Below are positions 26,245 through 39,047 of a stretch of 64,000 bases of DNA, one piece after another; position 1 is the stretch's first letter, and each line of letters opens with the position of its first letter. The notes below the pieces were generated by a model. It had not been told where the DNA came from. It saw nothing but the letters and a program-made list of their open reading frames with translations, and did no database searches. The DNA lies in NCBI GenBank assembly GCA_028534125.1, contig CM052816.1, positions 36,706,001 to 36,770,000 of the forward strand, given 5' to 3'. The stretch comes from Lama glama. Its lineage: Eukaryota. Both the position numbers and the translations under genes were made by a program.

Positions 26245-29200
26245 TTTCAAATTAAAAAACTTAACTTTGTACATCAAGGAAATAGAAAAAGAAGAACAGG
26301 AAGGCCCATAGTTAGCAGCAGGAAGGAAATGACAAATATCAGAGCAGAAATAAATGAAATAGTGATTAATGTAAATTAGGAATTTGGGATTAACAAATAC
26401 ATACTACTATATATAAAATGGGTAAAAAGGACCTAGTGTTTAGCACAGGGAACTATATTCAATATCTTGTAATGACCTACAGTGGAAAAGAATCTGATGT
26501 TTCTTTGCTCTTCACTTGAAACTAACACAACATTGTAAATCAACTGTACTTCAAAAAAGTTAAGGAAAGAAATAAGCAAAATTGACACATTTTAGCTAGA
26601 CTAAGAAAATAAGAAAGGACTCAGGTAAAATTGGAAATGTAAGAGGAGACATTTCAGTTTATACCACAGAAATATAAAGGATCATAAAAACTACTGTAAA
26701 CAATTACACACCAACAATTTGGATAACCTAGAAGAAATAAGCTAATTCCTGGAAACATACAACTAAGACTAAATCCTGAAGAAATAGAAAATCTGAAGAG
26801 ATCAATAATGAGTTAGGAGATTCTCAATAATCAAAAAACCTTCCAACAAACAAAAGCCTGGCACCAGATGGTGAATTCTGCAAAATATTAAAGGAAAAAT
26901 TAATGCCATTCTTCTCAAACCCTTCTAAAAAACTGAACAGGAGAGAATACTGCAGAACCTTGATACCAAGGCCAGATAAGAACACTAAAAGAAAAGGCTA
27001 ATATCCCTGAATAATGTAAATGCTAAAATTCTCAACAGAATATTAGCAAACTCAATTCTGTAGAACTTTAAAAGGATCATATACCATGATCAAGGGGTGT
27101 TTCTTCCTAGAATACAAGGATGATTCAACATGAGCAAATCTATACATGTGATATACCACATTAGTAGAATATAAGGTAAAGTTTATATGATTATTTCAAT
27201 AAGTGCAGAAAAAGTGACAAAATTCAACATCCTTTCATGATGAAAGATCTCAACATAGGGGTTATAGAATGAATGTAGCGCATATAATAAAGGCCATATA
27301 TGACAAACCCACAGCTAACATCATCCTCAAAGGTAAAAGGTTGAAATTTTTGAGACCAAAACAAAGAAACAAACCAAAAAAACCCACCACCAACAAAAAA
27401 ACAAGACAAAGGTGCCCACTATCACCAATCCTATTAAACATGTTGCTGGAAGTCCTAGCCGGAGCACTTAGACAAGAAAGAGAAATAAATAAAATCCAAA
27501 TCAGAATGGAAGTAAAATTGTCCCTGTTTGCAGGTGATATGATCTTATATTTAAAAAACACTAAGCCTGCCCTAAAACTGTTAAAGCTAGTAAATGAATT
27601 CAGTGAAGTTGTAAGATACAAAAATCAACATCAAGATATTAGTTGCATTTTTATACACTAACAAAGAAATGTCTGAAAAAGAAAACAATCCCATTTATAA
27701 TGGCATCAAAAATAATAAAATACTTAGGAATAAATTTAACCAAAGAGATGAAAGATCTGTACACTGAAAAGTACGATTTGATCAAAGAAATTAAAGAAGA
27801 CACGAAATAAATGGAAAGTTATTTGTATTTTTGGATTGGATGAATTCATATTTTTAAAATTTATATAATAGTCAAAGTAATCTATAGATTCAGTATAATA
27901 TCTGTGAAAATTTCAATGGCATTTTTCACAGAAATAGAAAAAAAATCCTAAAACTTATATAGAACCATTATAGATTCCAAATAGCCAAAGCTGTCCTGAG
28001 AATGAAGAACAAAGCTGGAGGCATCAGACTTCCTCATTTCAGATTATATTACAAAGCTATACTAATCAAAACATTTTGGTACTGACATAAAAATAGACAG
28101 AGAGACCAATGGAACAGAATCAAACACCCAGAAGTAAATCCCATATACTGTCAGGTAATATTTGACAGATGATCCAAACATATTGAATAGGGCAATAATA
28201 GTGTCTTCAATAAATGATGTTAGGAAAACTGGACAATCATATGCAGAAGAATGAAATTGGACCCCTACTATATACCATTCACAAAAATTAACTTGAAATT
28301 GATTAAAGACTTGCACATAAGGCTCCAAACTGCAAAACACTTGGAAGATTACCAAGGGAAAAACTCCTTGGCATTGGTCTTAGCAGCAATTCTTTTGGAT
28401 ATGACACCAAAAGCATTAGCACCAGAGGAAAAAAAATAATTTGTGAGACTGAATTAAACTAAAAAATTTGGCAAAGCAAAAGAAACAACAAAATGAAAAG
28501 GCAACCTATAGAATGAAAGAAAACATTAGCAAACCATCTATCTGACAAGGGGTTAATATCCAAAATATGTAAGTCACTCTTGCAGCTCAGTAGGAAACAA
28601 ACAAACAAGCTATCTGATTAGAAAATGAGCTGACTGTACATTTTTCCAAAGAAGGCACATCAATAGCCAGCAGGTACATGAAAAGATGTTTAATATCACT
28701 AGTTATCATAACCATGGTGAGATACCACTTCACATTGGTTAAAACAGCTATTTTCAGAAAGGCGGGGTATCAAAAATTATGGCTAGGATGTGAAGAAAAT
28801 GTAACCCTTCAGCACTGTTGGTGGAATTGTAAATTGATGCAGCCAATTTGGAAAACAGTATGGAGGTTCTTCAAAAGATTAAGAATAGAACTACTGTATG
28901 ATCCAGCCATCCCATTTCTGGGTATATATGCAAGAGGAATGAAATCAGGGTCTTGAAGAGCGATCTGAACTTCCATATTTATTGTAGCATCATTCACAAT
29001 AGCCAAGATATGGAAATAACCTAAGTGTACATTGACAGGTGAATGGATACAGATGCGTTTACACAGGAATATTGTTAAGCTGTAAGGAAGAAGGAAGTCC
29101 TGCCACTTGTGATGACATGGATAGACCTTGGAGGCATTTTGCTAAAAAAATAAGTCAGACAGAGAAGGACAAATACTTTATGATCTCACTTGTATGTGGA

Positions 29201-29598
29201 ATCTAAAAAGATTCTAAAAATCTAAAAATCTAGAAAGAGAGTAGAATGGTGGTTGCCAAAGGTCAGGAGATAGGTGAAACAGGGAGATGATGCTAAAGGA
29301 TAAAACCTTCAAGTTACAAGATGAATCATTTCTCAAGAACTAAGGTTCACCCTGGTAACCATAGTTAGTACTGTACTGTATAATTTGAAAGTTGCTAAGA
29401 GAATAGACATATTTTCACCACACAAACACACACATACACATAACACACACACAAAGGTAGTTATGTGAGGTGATAAAGGTGTTAAGTAACCCTATTGTAT
29501 TAATCGTTTCACAATATATATGTGTATCAAATCATCATGTTGTACACTTTAAGCTTACACAATGTCATATGTCAATACCTCAACAGAGGTGGAAAAGA
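26245..29598 (+). mobile_element. 5'-truncated, inactivated L1 (most of ORF2 plus 3' UTR)
   Basis: ORF fragments with RT motifs ([37 protein letters not shown]), MKLDPYYIPFTKINLK and CWWNCKL...YDPAIPFLGIY; many stops and frameshifts; L1MA-type 3' end. Confidence 0.95.
26372..26558 (+). mobile_element. Younger L1 3' end nested in the older L1
   Basis: 'aattaggaatttgggattaacaaatacatactact...agcacagggaactatattcaatatcttgtaat...acattgtaaatcaactgtacttcaaaaaa'. Confidence 0.9.
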
Positions 29599-30512
29599 GA
29601 ATATATTGTGCATATCTTAACTTGGTGCTTCATAAACATAGTTTCACGTGCACATTGTAGAGGATATTTGTAAAAGTAAGTATATTCTGTAAACATTATC
29701 ATGATATTAATATGTCTTTGTATTTTCCTTCAGAGTTCTCACAGTTATTTTTGCTTTGTTGCTCTTTCTCCCATATTCTCTATCTCTGTTGAATTTTGTT
29801 AATTGCATAGGCATTCTGTTTTGTGACGCAGTGTCCCCTATAGCCCTCTTATTAAAGCAAATGTAGTTTTTCTGTCTTTCGATATCCATATCAATATTTT
29901 TCAAATTTAAATGAAAATACTTTTTACCCTAGGAACACATCTATTTAGACACTCTATTTCTAATTATACACAAATGATTGGACATTTCTGTCAACATTGT
30001 AAAAGCTCAGGCTGTATTTTAATCAATAAATTAGTATTTTTACATCCATTTTCCAGAACTGCTTATGTGGTCTTTCGTATATATATATATATAAATATGC
30101 ATGTGGAAATGTTAAGATGCGTAAACACGTGGCAAACTGGGTCAGGGTTATTCATCATATGCATTTACAAAAATCAGTTTTCTTTTCATCTACAATTCTC
30201 TTAAAATTAACCTTGTTATGGTCCCAAATTTCTTAACATAAATTAAAATAAACCTCTAAATATAATAGCAGAGCAACTCTCAAAATCTAAATAATTACTT
30301 AAAAATGACTTGTATCAGTGTCTAGCTGAATATTTGTATTCCAAGAACTTAAAATTATGCCATTTAAATACTATATCACATAAAAGATACTGAAGTGATC
30401 CTAAGGAAATAATCATACTCATTTCTCAGTATCATTTTTAAAAGAACTACTGTTTTCCTATTTTAATCCAGGGATTTTTCAGTTTTTAATCCAAATAAAA
30501 AAATACCTTTTA

Positions 30513-30670
30513 TGATGGAGAAAGCAAAAGCTTCACAGATAAACAAAAGCTAAAAGATTTCAGCAACACCAAACCAGCTTTACAACAAATGTTAAAGGAC
30601 CTTCTCTAGTCATCAAGCCATGAGAAAAGAGACCAAAAAAAAGAAAGAGAAAAAAAAGAGACCTACAAAA
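30513..30670 (+). mobile_element. L1 ORF1 C-terminus and inter-ORF spacer
   Basis: Translates as DGESKSFTDKQKLKDFSNTKPALQQMLKDLL*, the ORF1p C-terminus. Confidence 0.9.
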
Positions 30671-30950
30671 GATTGCTTTGGCTATTTGGGGTATTTCGTG
30701 GTTCCTTATAAATTTTGGAATTGTTTGTTCTAGTTCTGTGAGGAACGGCCCGAGTGTTTTGATGGAGGTTGCGTTGGATGTGTGGATTGCTTTGGGTAGT
30801 GTGGCCATTTTGATGTTGTTAATACTTCCAATCCAAGAGTGCAAGAAATCTTTCCATTTCTTTGTGTCATTTTGGTTTTCAGAGTATAGGTAACCTCCTT
30901 GGTTAAGTTTATTTCTAGGTATTTTGTTATTTTTGATGTAATGGAAATGT
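30671..30950 (-). mobile_element. L1 ORF2 fragment (post-RT), antisense
   Basis: SWIGSINNIKMATLPKAIHTSNATSIKTLGPFLTELEQTIPKFIRNHEIPQIAKAI in ORF 30560..31012. Confidence 0.9.
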
Positions 30951-31004
30951 TTCTGCCAGTTATAAAATTCTGGTTTTTGAAGTGGAAAAAAAAAGTGAAT
31001 AAAG

Positions 31005-31055
31005 GGCTGCAAATGGCAAAATATCCTTTTTTATGGGGGAGTTGTTTTCCATTAT

Positions 31056-31088
<33 letters not shown>

Positions 31089-31225
31089 AAATTCCATAAT
31101 ATATATATGCTGTATCTCCATTATCTATTCGACTATTGATGTGCATTTAGGATGCTTCCATATTCTGGCAATTATAAATAATGTTGCTGTCAATAGCAGA
31201 GTGTGTGTATATTTTTCAGTTAATT
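31005..31225 (-). mobile_element. L1 3' fragment containing a (CA)n/(TA)n microsatellite
   Basis: 'gctgcaaatggcaaaat', 'tttaggatgcttccatattctggcaattataaataatg'. Confidence 0.8.
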
Positions 31226-31351
31226 CATATTTTGCAGTGGGCTTTATTCCTTTGATAACTATGTTAAGTTTAAAAAGCTAAAGCTCTAAACATCCTTAGA
31301 AACAATGAATAGTATGTATATGTAAATTTAAAAATATATATGCAGTTAAAA

Positions 31352-31875
31352 AAAAAAGATCTATCAAACCATGAAAGACATAGAAGAAACTTAAAAGATA
31401 CATTACTAAGTGAAAGAAGCCAGTCTGAAAAGGCTACAAACTGTATGATTCCAACCAAATGACATTCTGGAAAAGGCACAGCTACAGAAACAATAAAAAG
31501 ATTGTGGTTTCCAGGCGTTTGGGGAGAGGAAGGGAGGGAAGAATGAATAGATGGAGCACAAGGGATTTTTAGGGCAATGCAATTATTCTGTATGATAATA
31601 TAGTGGTGGCTATATGCTATTATGCATTTGTCAAAGCCCATAGAGTGTACAACAAGTGTGAACCCTAATGTAAACTATGGACTTTGGTTGATAATAATGT
31701 GCCCATGTTGTTTCATTGATTGTACCAAATACGCCATACTGATGAGGGATGTTGACGGTAGGGGAGTATATATGTGTGGGTAGGGAGGGCTATGTGCGAA
31801 CTCTCTGTATTTTCTGCTCAATTCTGTTGCAAACCTGAAACTGCTCTAAAAGAATAAAATCTATTAAAAAAAAAA
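31352..31875 (+). mobile_element. L1MC1/2-like 3' end with AATAAA and A-tail
   Basis: 'ctaagtgaaagaagccagtctgaaaaggctaca', 'ccctaatgtaaactatggactttgg', 'aaacctgaaactgctctaaaagaataaaatctattaaaaaa'. Confidence 0.88.
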
Positions 31876-34749
31876 GTACCTTTTAAAGACAACTGAAAAG
31901 CAAATTAGAAATTCTACTACTCAATTAGTACAAAAATACCAAGAACACCTAAATGAATTTATTTATTTCCTGATTTTGTTTAAAACTAAAACAAAAACTT
32001 ATCTTATAAAGGGGTGGCAAATTTTGCTTAATAAATATTCAGTTAGTGAAGAAATATAATTATTTCTTATATTCTAGATGTAAACTTTCTAGTAGTCTAG
32101 ATCTAAACATTCTAATCATTTCCTATTTTTCTAAGGTAGTCCAAAAGCTGAATATTTTAATTTTGATGAAAGCATTTCTACAGACTTCATTCTTCATGCA
32201 CAGTCATTCTGCTATTGTCCTGCAGTTATGTAAAATCAAAAAGACATAGTTTGTATGGCAAGTGAAATTCTGGTAGGATAACCAGCATATTTTAGAGCTT
32301 ATGCAAGATACTAATATATTTGAACACTGTCTCTAGCCATTATTTAAAATAGACCTAGAGGAAAAATTTGCCAGTATCGTAAGACTTGGGAATTTGAATA
32401 TCAAAAAATGTATTTGAATCAACAATTTAATTGAAGATAAATCTTGATCTACTCTCTTCCCCAAAATAATGTGAGATGGGAGTGTAGGTTAAGAACTTAT
32501 ATTGAGTGCTAACGAAAGAATCCATTTTTGTTCTAAAAGTGTCATGACATAATTCTGAGATGCAGTTTACTTTTATCAGTTTCTCTTGAAAGAAGCCATG
32601 ATCTTGCCTGAATAGAAAGCCAAACCAAACAAAAACAAAAACATAATCATCTAAAAACATAGATCGTATCAAATAAATAAGTTTTAGACAAATTGTAATT
32701 TGGGGGACAGACTGTCAGGCAACTAATTTCAACTTATACTTTTGACCAAACAAAACAATTATATAGGATACAAAAGTGCCAACAGCATTTTAATTACTTT
32801 TCCAAAGTTAGAGAATTCCATACTGTTTATGAATTCAGACTATTACTGATCTTAATTGTCTCCTTTAACTAATCTGATTATCTTGAGTATGCTTTGTTAA
32901 AAAAAATCCTGATATTAATGTTCAAAATACTGGAGAAAAATAAAATTTACCCTTAATATAATTTTAGTTCTCTTACTTGTATTTACTTACATGATATAAT
33001 TTAATTAGTAAAGAAATGTTTGGTCAACAGGGGCAGGTACTAAATATGTCTAATATAACTTTTAGTGCATTTGGGTAAGAAGATGAGGATTTATATAGCA
33101 AAGGAGGTCCCAGAAGTATCTGTTGTTTAATGTGACTGAAATTCACTCATATAAAGTATTATCACATTTCTGAGTCATTTCAAGACAATATTGATAGAGA
33201 CTTATCCCATTTTCCTCTTCTTGTTTTTCTTAGATCTTAATCAGACAGTATCTCAATCCAAAGTAGATATATGATGCCTATACAAATAGGATCTTCTTTT
33301 CCTTTTCACCATTGCATTATTTCCCTGTGATATGTAATGTATAGTGTTGAGATTGATGTAGTTAATAAGTTACAGAAGACAGTAAGATACCAACTTCTAT
33401 AAATGCTAGATGTGAAATGGAAATTCATACAATTGGAATCAAAGGAGGATCCTTCATGTCAGCTTTTGTTTGTCAACTAAGAAAGCTATATCCACATATG
33501 GCAATGAGTATCCCTATTAGCTCTAAGTCTTAAAAAAGGAATATAAAATATCATAGTATTTCAAAAACTATCTTCATCTGGTATTTTTTTCACTGAATTA
33601 ATTCTTATGTCTGTGCCAGATTTTGCTAACACTAAGAATTTAGCATTTACATAGGTTATACTTAAAAGTCTATTTATCAATGTGCCTATTGGAATGTATC
33701 ACTTTGGGGAAAATTTAGATATTACTTGTAAAATTATTTGTATGGCACAAAGTATCATTGGATAATTAAATCCACCTATTTTAATATTCTTGACACATTA
33801 AACAAATGCTAGCTTACTTAAGAGTATATTAAATTTTTGAATTGGTCTCATGAACTAGGGAATGTCTAAATAAAATGATATTCGGCATGCATATCTGATC
33901 TAAAGAATAACTACATGTATCAGACATTTTTTTAAAATGATTTGAAATTGGCTCAGTGAGATAATCAGTCAGTTGCCAAAGCATTGAATTAATATTCCCA
34001 AATACAAGCAGTGCATCAGACTGAATCAACATTTGTTACAAGAAGTTCGTTCAAAATCATAATTCTAGCAGAAAAAAAGATATTTTTAAAGAACCAATAG
34101 TAATTCTTGGTTCATTTTGTCTCTCTGAAGGATAGCAATGGAAAATAACTAGAACATTGGATGATGTTAGCTCAGGAGGTTCATTTGATCTAATTGATAA
34201 CTCAATATGATATTTATAAAGCTCCTACCAAAGGGTATGGCTTACTGTAGGCCTTCAATTAGAAATAGCTCCTTTACCTTCTAAGTTAAGAAGACAAAGT
34301 AGAAAAGAACCACATCAGCTGCAATTGTAAATTATAGATTCCTTTTCTACTGTTTTATAATGAGTTTATGTGGACAACAATAACTCTGTATCTGTTTCCA
34401 TATTTTCATTAACTATTTGATATGCTTTAAAAAATGAAGTTTTGTGAAACAGCCAAATCTGCTTTGATTTGGTTGATAGTTTCTTTTGACTGAGACTGCA
34501 TTAGATATCTAGATGAATTTAGGGAAGAAGTAATGTCTTAGTAAGGGTATGTCTCTCATCCATGATTATGGTATATCTGTTATAATCACATGATTAAAAT
34601 TATTTGTTTCTAATTCTAAAGATAAGCTTTACTACTTGAGTTCAATTTTTGGTGAATTTTTACAAGTTGCAGTGTATGTTCAGGACTCAGTTCATTTCTT
34701 TAAGACAGAGATATACATTAGTTACAGTTATTGATTTTTTAAATTAATA

Positions 34750-35290
34750 AAGAAAAATACTTAGATGCAAAATAGATTAACATAAATAAACATATTACTA
34801 GATCAAAATCAATTAAAGTATGTGTTGATCCTTCAATTCCAATTTCAGGAATTTATCCTAGAGAATGTAAAATAATGAGGATGTTCATTTCAGTATTGTT
34901 TATATATCAATAGAAAAATAAGTACCTAGACACCATAATATTGTTTAAGATAAGAAAATGGTTAAATACATTCCAATATACCTATGCACCAGGACCTTAT
35001 GTAGTTGATAAAATGATGCAGATGTAAATGTACTGATAGGTAATGTTGCAGGAAACTGTAAACTGCAAAATTATATGAATTCTTTGATTTTCTAAAAACT
35101 GTAGGTATATGTCTACACCTGTTCTCAAAATCGTTCATCTTAAATACCTCCTGAAGTGTAGTATCTGAAAAAATATTTTGTTATTTAATTTGTACACTAT
35201 TAATATTTAATTTTTATTTAATTTGTATAAACTATTTTTTAAAGTTTTTCTATTGATCAGATCCTTCTTTGAAATTCTTTTTAAATGAAA
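34750..35290 (+). mobile_element. Degraded L1ME-like 3' fragment
   Basis: 'caattccaatttcaggaatttatcctagag', 'aggatgttcatttcagtattgttt', 'aaaatggttaaata'. Confidence 0.55.
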
Positions 35291-36983
35291 AAATGGAGAA
35301 ATAAATGTATAACTATTAATTGTTGGAGAACTTCTAGTTGAATAAATACTATCATTGAGGTAAAAATCTCAAACACCAGTGATTAAGTACCTGATTAGCT
35401 GGAAGCATATAATTTTAATTCTGGATATGCAAACAAATGCAAACAATGTAATTTTCTATTTTTTTTAGTCAAGATAACTAATTTTTAAAATTGGATATAA
35501 AAATTCTTCTTTGAATATAAACAGTCTTGAATTCTGTGATAAATAAGTATTTACAAATCTGTTAAGGACAATAGAAGTTTTAAGATTTTACCTATTTGCA
35601 AACTAATCGGCTAGCCTGCCGCAGTTTAAGTATGCTCTCAGAAGGCACAAGGTGAGAACGAGAACAGAGGACTTCACATCACAGCAAACAGTGTGAACAT
35701 CATATTTGCACTGGTTCCCCTTGCACCTCAAGTCCTATGAGGCAATACAGAGGGGTCATGATATATGCCTGCACTCAAGTTACATTATAGGACAGAAGTC
35801 CTGAGCTTAGGAAATCCAAATAGTTTATAATAAGCAATAAGCATGCCTGTTTGCTCTGAAGGAGACACACTGTTTTCCAAGTTTGTTTGCTAGATGTGAA
35901 GAAATGTGAGAAATCTGTTAGGAGTTGTCTCCCAACAATACCCACCCCTTGCTTCAATATCATCTTGGGACTCATTTTTTTTTTCCCATGACTATACCAC
36001 CTTGTCAGGCACTCTAATTAACCAGAGATTGGCATCGAATACATTCAGTTGTTTTATTCAGCATTTAAATACCAATGCGACTTCAGACTGCAAAATGGGA
36101 CCAGCCTACATGGTTTCAACCATGCCTACAAGTGTCCCCTATTAAAAATTCTATAAACCGCTAGGGTCTAACTTGAAACACCAGGTGGCTTTCTCCGTCT
36201 AATTGCCATTTCTGTACTGACCTTTCCTTTTAGTGAAGGCTTCTGTCCAGCTACAGCATGACATATTAGTAACTGCATAGACTTCATTTTGTCCACAAAG
36301 AGGGCACCTAAGGAGATTCTATCATCTACAACTACCCCTGGTTAGTGAGCTGAGTCTGAGTTGAATACTTCTCAGGGCTGAGGTAGCATCAGTGATCTCT
36401 TTAGCTAAACTTATAGTCACGTTTCATACCTTTTCTATTTGTATAACTTCCACGGTAGAGACAACCGCCTGCACTGTGTATATGGATAAGTCAGTCCTCT
36501 CCCAAAGAAATTCACCTACATGACCAAATGTTACCCAGTTCAAGTGAGATCACCTCAGTTGTCTGAGGGCTATATGTTCAATAGGTGGTTTCCCCTCAAA
36601 CAATTGCAGTTCCCCATTAAAGTGCATGCACATCACTCTTTTGGGAAGGAATGTAAGTTAAGGCTTGGCTTCCACACAAGAAATATAGTCCCAGAGATGC
36701 ACATTGCATCCCTGGAAAGTAAATGTTATTTAGAATTGTTGGGATCCCCTAAATGAGACCTATATTAGGAAGAGGCCACAGGTTGATGGTGTTTCCAGTG
36801 CCTCCATTGTTCATGGTGCATTTCCCTTCCTGCTAGTAAGTCTTTGAATTTACCAGTTCAGTAAGAATAATTGAGTCTACCCTTTGTGCTTAAGGTACTG
36901 CCTAAGGGAAGTCAGCCTACTCTGTTCTCTGTCTGTCCCAACAGCCAGGTGGTGTTTTCCTTGGGATGGGATGATTAGCCATG

Positions 36984-37636
36984 GTATACTACTTTTCTGC
37001 TGCAGCCTAACAAATCAATACTAACTTAGCCTCTTAACACAACACGCTTACTATGTCACATGTGTGTAAGAAGAAGTCCGTATGTGAGAAGCCTGGGCAC
37101 AGCTTATATGGGTTCTCCTACTCAGGCTCTTGCTAGGCTGCAATTCAGGTCCTCCCTGGTTCTGTGGTCACATCAGAGGCCTGACTGGAGAAGGATCCAC
37201 TTTCAAGTCCATTTCTATTGTTGACAGAATTCATTCATTTGTGGCTGTACACCCGAGGTCCTCGTTTTCTGATGGCTATTGGCTAGGAACAGTTCCTTCC
37301 CATATGACTCTCTCTATGCCATATTGTCCTCTCTTGCCATATGACCAACCCTCTTACATAGTAACTTACTGCTTGAACCAACAAAGGAATTTTCTCTCAC
37401 CATGATAACAACCAGTCTTAATGTATTAAGTAATGTAATCTCAAGTGTGCTAGCCCATCACCACTGCAATATAACATAACTTAATCAAAGGAGAGACATC
37501 CCATCACTTTGCAATATACTATTGTTCAGTATCTAGTCTCAGAACCCATTACACTCAATTCGGAAGAAATTCAATGATAACATCAATGGGGGAGGGTGGG
37601 AGATGCAAGAAGCTAATTTAGATTCTACCTAACACA
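36984..37636. mobile_element. MLT1E/F-like MaLR LTR nested in the provirus
   Basis: 'gaggcctgactggagaaggatccactttcaag...gttgacagaattcattcatttgtggctgta', ending 'ttctacctaacaca'. Confidence 0.75.
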
Positions 37637-38139
37637 AAGGGCTTCAGGAATTAGGGTGGGAAAAGAAAATCCAGAGTGAATGTTTATTCAAGAGAAGGGC
37701 TCCAGGGATAGCTCTGAAAACAAAAAGATCATTTATACTATTCTGTCCCTTATACTTTCAAGGGCTAATGTGTTACCTGTAAAAGTGAAATGATTGTTAA
37801 CCCTATCTCTGCAAAATTGGTGTTTTCCCTTCCAGGAACTATACTGCAACTTTAATTTTAATCATATCCTCCTTATATCTAAGGCTTTCGTCTAGAAAAG
37901 TTAGAAACAAGAGAGAGGAGGGGACTTTCATAAAACTAACAGAGATCTCTATGTACTTTGCATAAGTCGCTATGGGGGACTTGGCAAGCAATGTACTCAA
38001 CCCATTAGTTTTTTCATCGCTCTCTGATCTTTGCCACAAATGAGAGATGAGTCCTTTCTGAGGACATCTACATTTATATGAAGAAAGAGGATTACTAAAG
38101 TGTTTAAATCAGGAAGAGATGACAGACATGGAGTCAGAA

Positions 38140-38560
38140 ATCTTTTTGAGCAATATTGGAGATCAATCCAATACTCAACAATACCAGATGCCTCTGTATC
38201 TTAGGTATTGTGGGAGGTCCATTGAAGGACTGTCAACCCAAGGCTGAGTACTTTTTTGCAATAAAATTCATACCTTTTACAGATTGCAAATAATCTGCAA
38301 AGTCAAAAACATAATGCAAATTAGTTAAAGGGCTTCAGTGGTGTGGAGAGCACAAGTTGATTAAATGAGAATATCAACACTGTAACCTGTCAAGTTGTAG
38401 ATATAGAGTTCCAGTCTATGATTATGGATGTATTGCTGTATCTGAAATGATAATAAATCCAGGCAGGCAACATAGGTAGTAAAATATGGTTAGTGCAATT
38501 TCAGTCAGCAGTTTAGTTTCAGTCCATCTCATCAGAAAGCAGGCCTTACTGTGGGCAACA
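38140..38560 (-). pseudogene. Retroviral pol relic: RNase H tail plus integrase
   Basis: Frameshifted translation VAHSK / SDEMD*N*TAD...AWIYYHFRYSNTSIIIDW ... LHYVFDFADYLQSVKGMNFIAK / TQPWVDS / QWTSHNT*DTEASGIVEYW, which resembles the ERVL integrase core (SDxG...F.A...W...W..H.P..P.A.G..E.W). Confidence 0.75.
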
Positions 38561-38563
38561 AAG

Positions 38564-39047
38564 TGTATGTTTATTGTTCTAGGGCTGCTATAACAAATTA
38601 CTACAGCTTGACAGTTTAAAACAACAGAAATTTGTCCTCCCACAGATCTACAGGCTAGAAGTGCAAAGTCAAGACGTCGGCAGGATTGGTTCTTTTTGGA
38701 GGCTCAGAGGGAAAATCTGTTCCATACCCCCAATACTAGCTTCACTCTGTAGGCAATTCTTGGTGTTTTGCGGCTTGTAAATTTATTGCTTCAATCTCTG
38801 CCTCAGTCTTCACATCACCTTACTCTTTGGGTTGCTTATGTTTTGGTGTCTCAAATCTCTCTCCTTTTTCTTATGAAGATACAAATTATTAAATTTAGAG
38901 CCTACCCTAAATCCAGGGTGATCTCATCTCAAGATCCTTAACTTAATTACATCTGCAGTGCAACTATTTCTAAATAAAATAAAATTCATGGATACCAGGG
39001 GTCAGTATTTGGAGTATCTTTATAGGACCAATATTCAACCCACTCTA
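38564..39047. mobile_element. MLT1B/C-like MaLR LTR nested in the provirus
   Basis: 'ctagggctgctataacaaattac...ttaaaacaacagaaattt', 'tctcatctcaagatccttaacttaattacatctgca', ending 'attcaacccactcta'. Confidence 0.85.

Noticed and set aside
27269..27661. 130-aa ORF with reverse transcriptase motifs as an active or novel RT system
   Set aside because: It is a fragment of a decayed L1 ORF2, the catalytic motif is mutated (FAGD), and it is flanked by frameshifts and stops.
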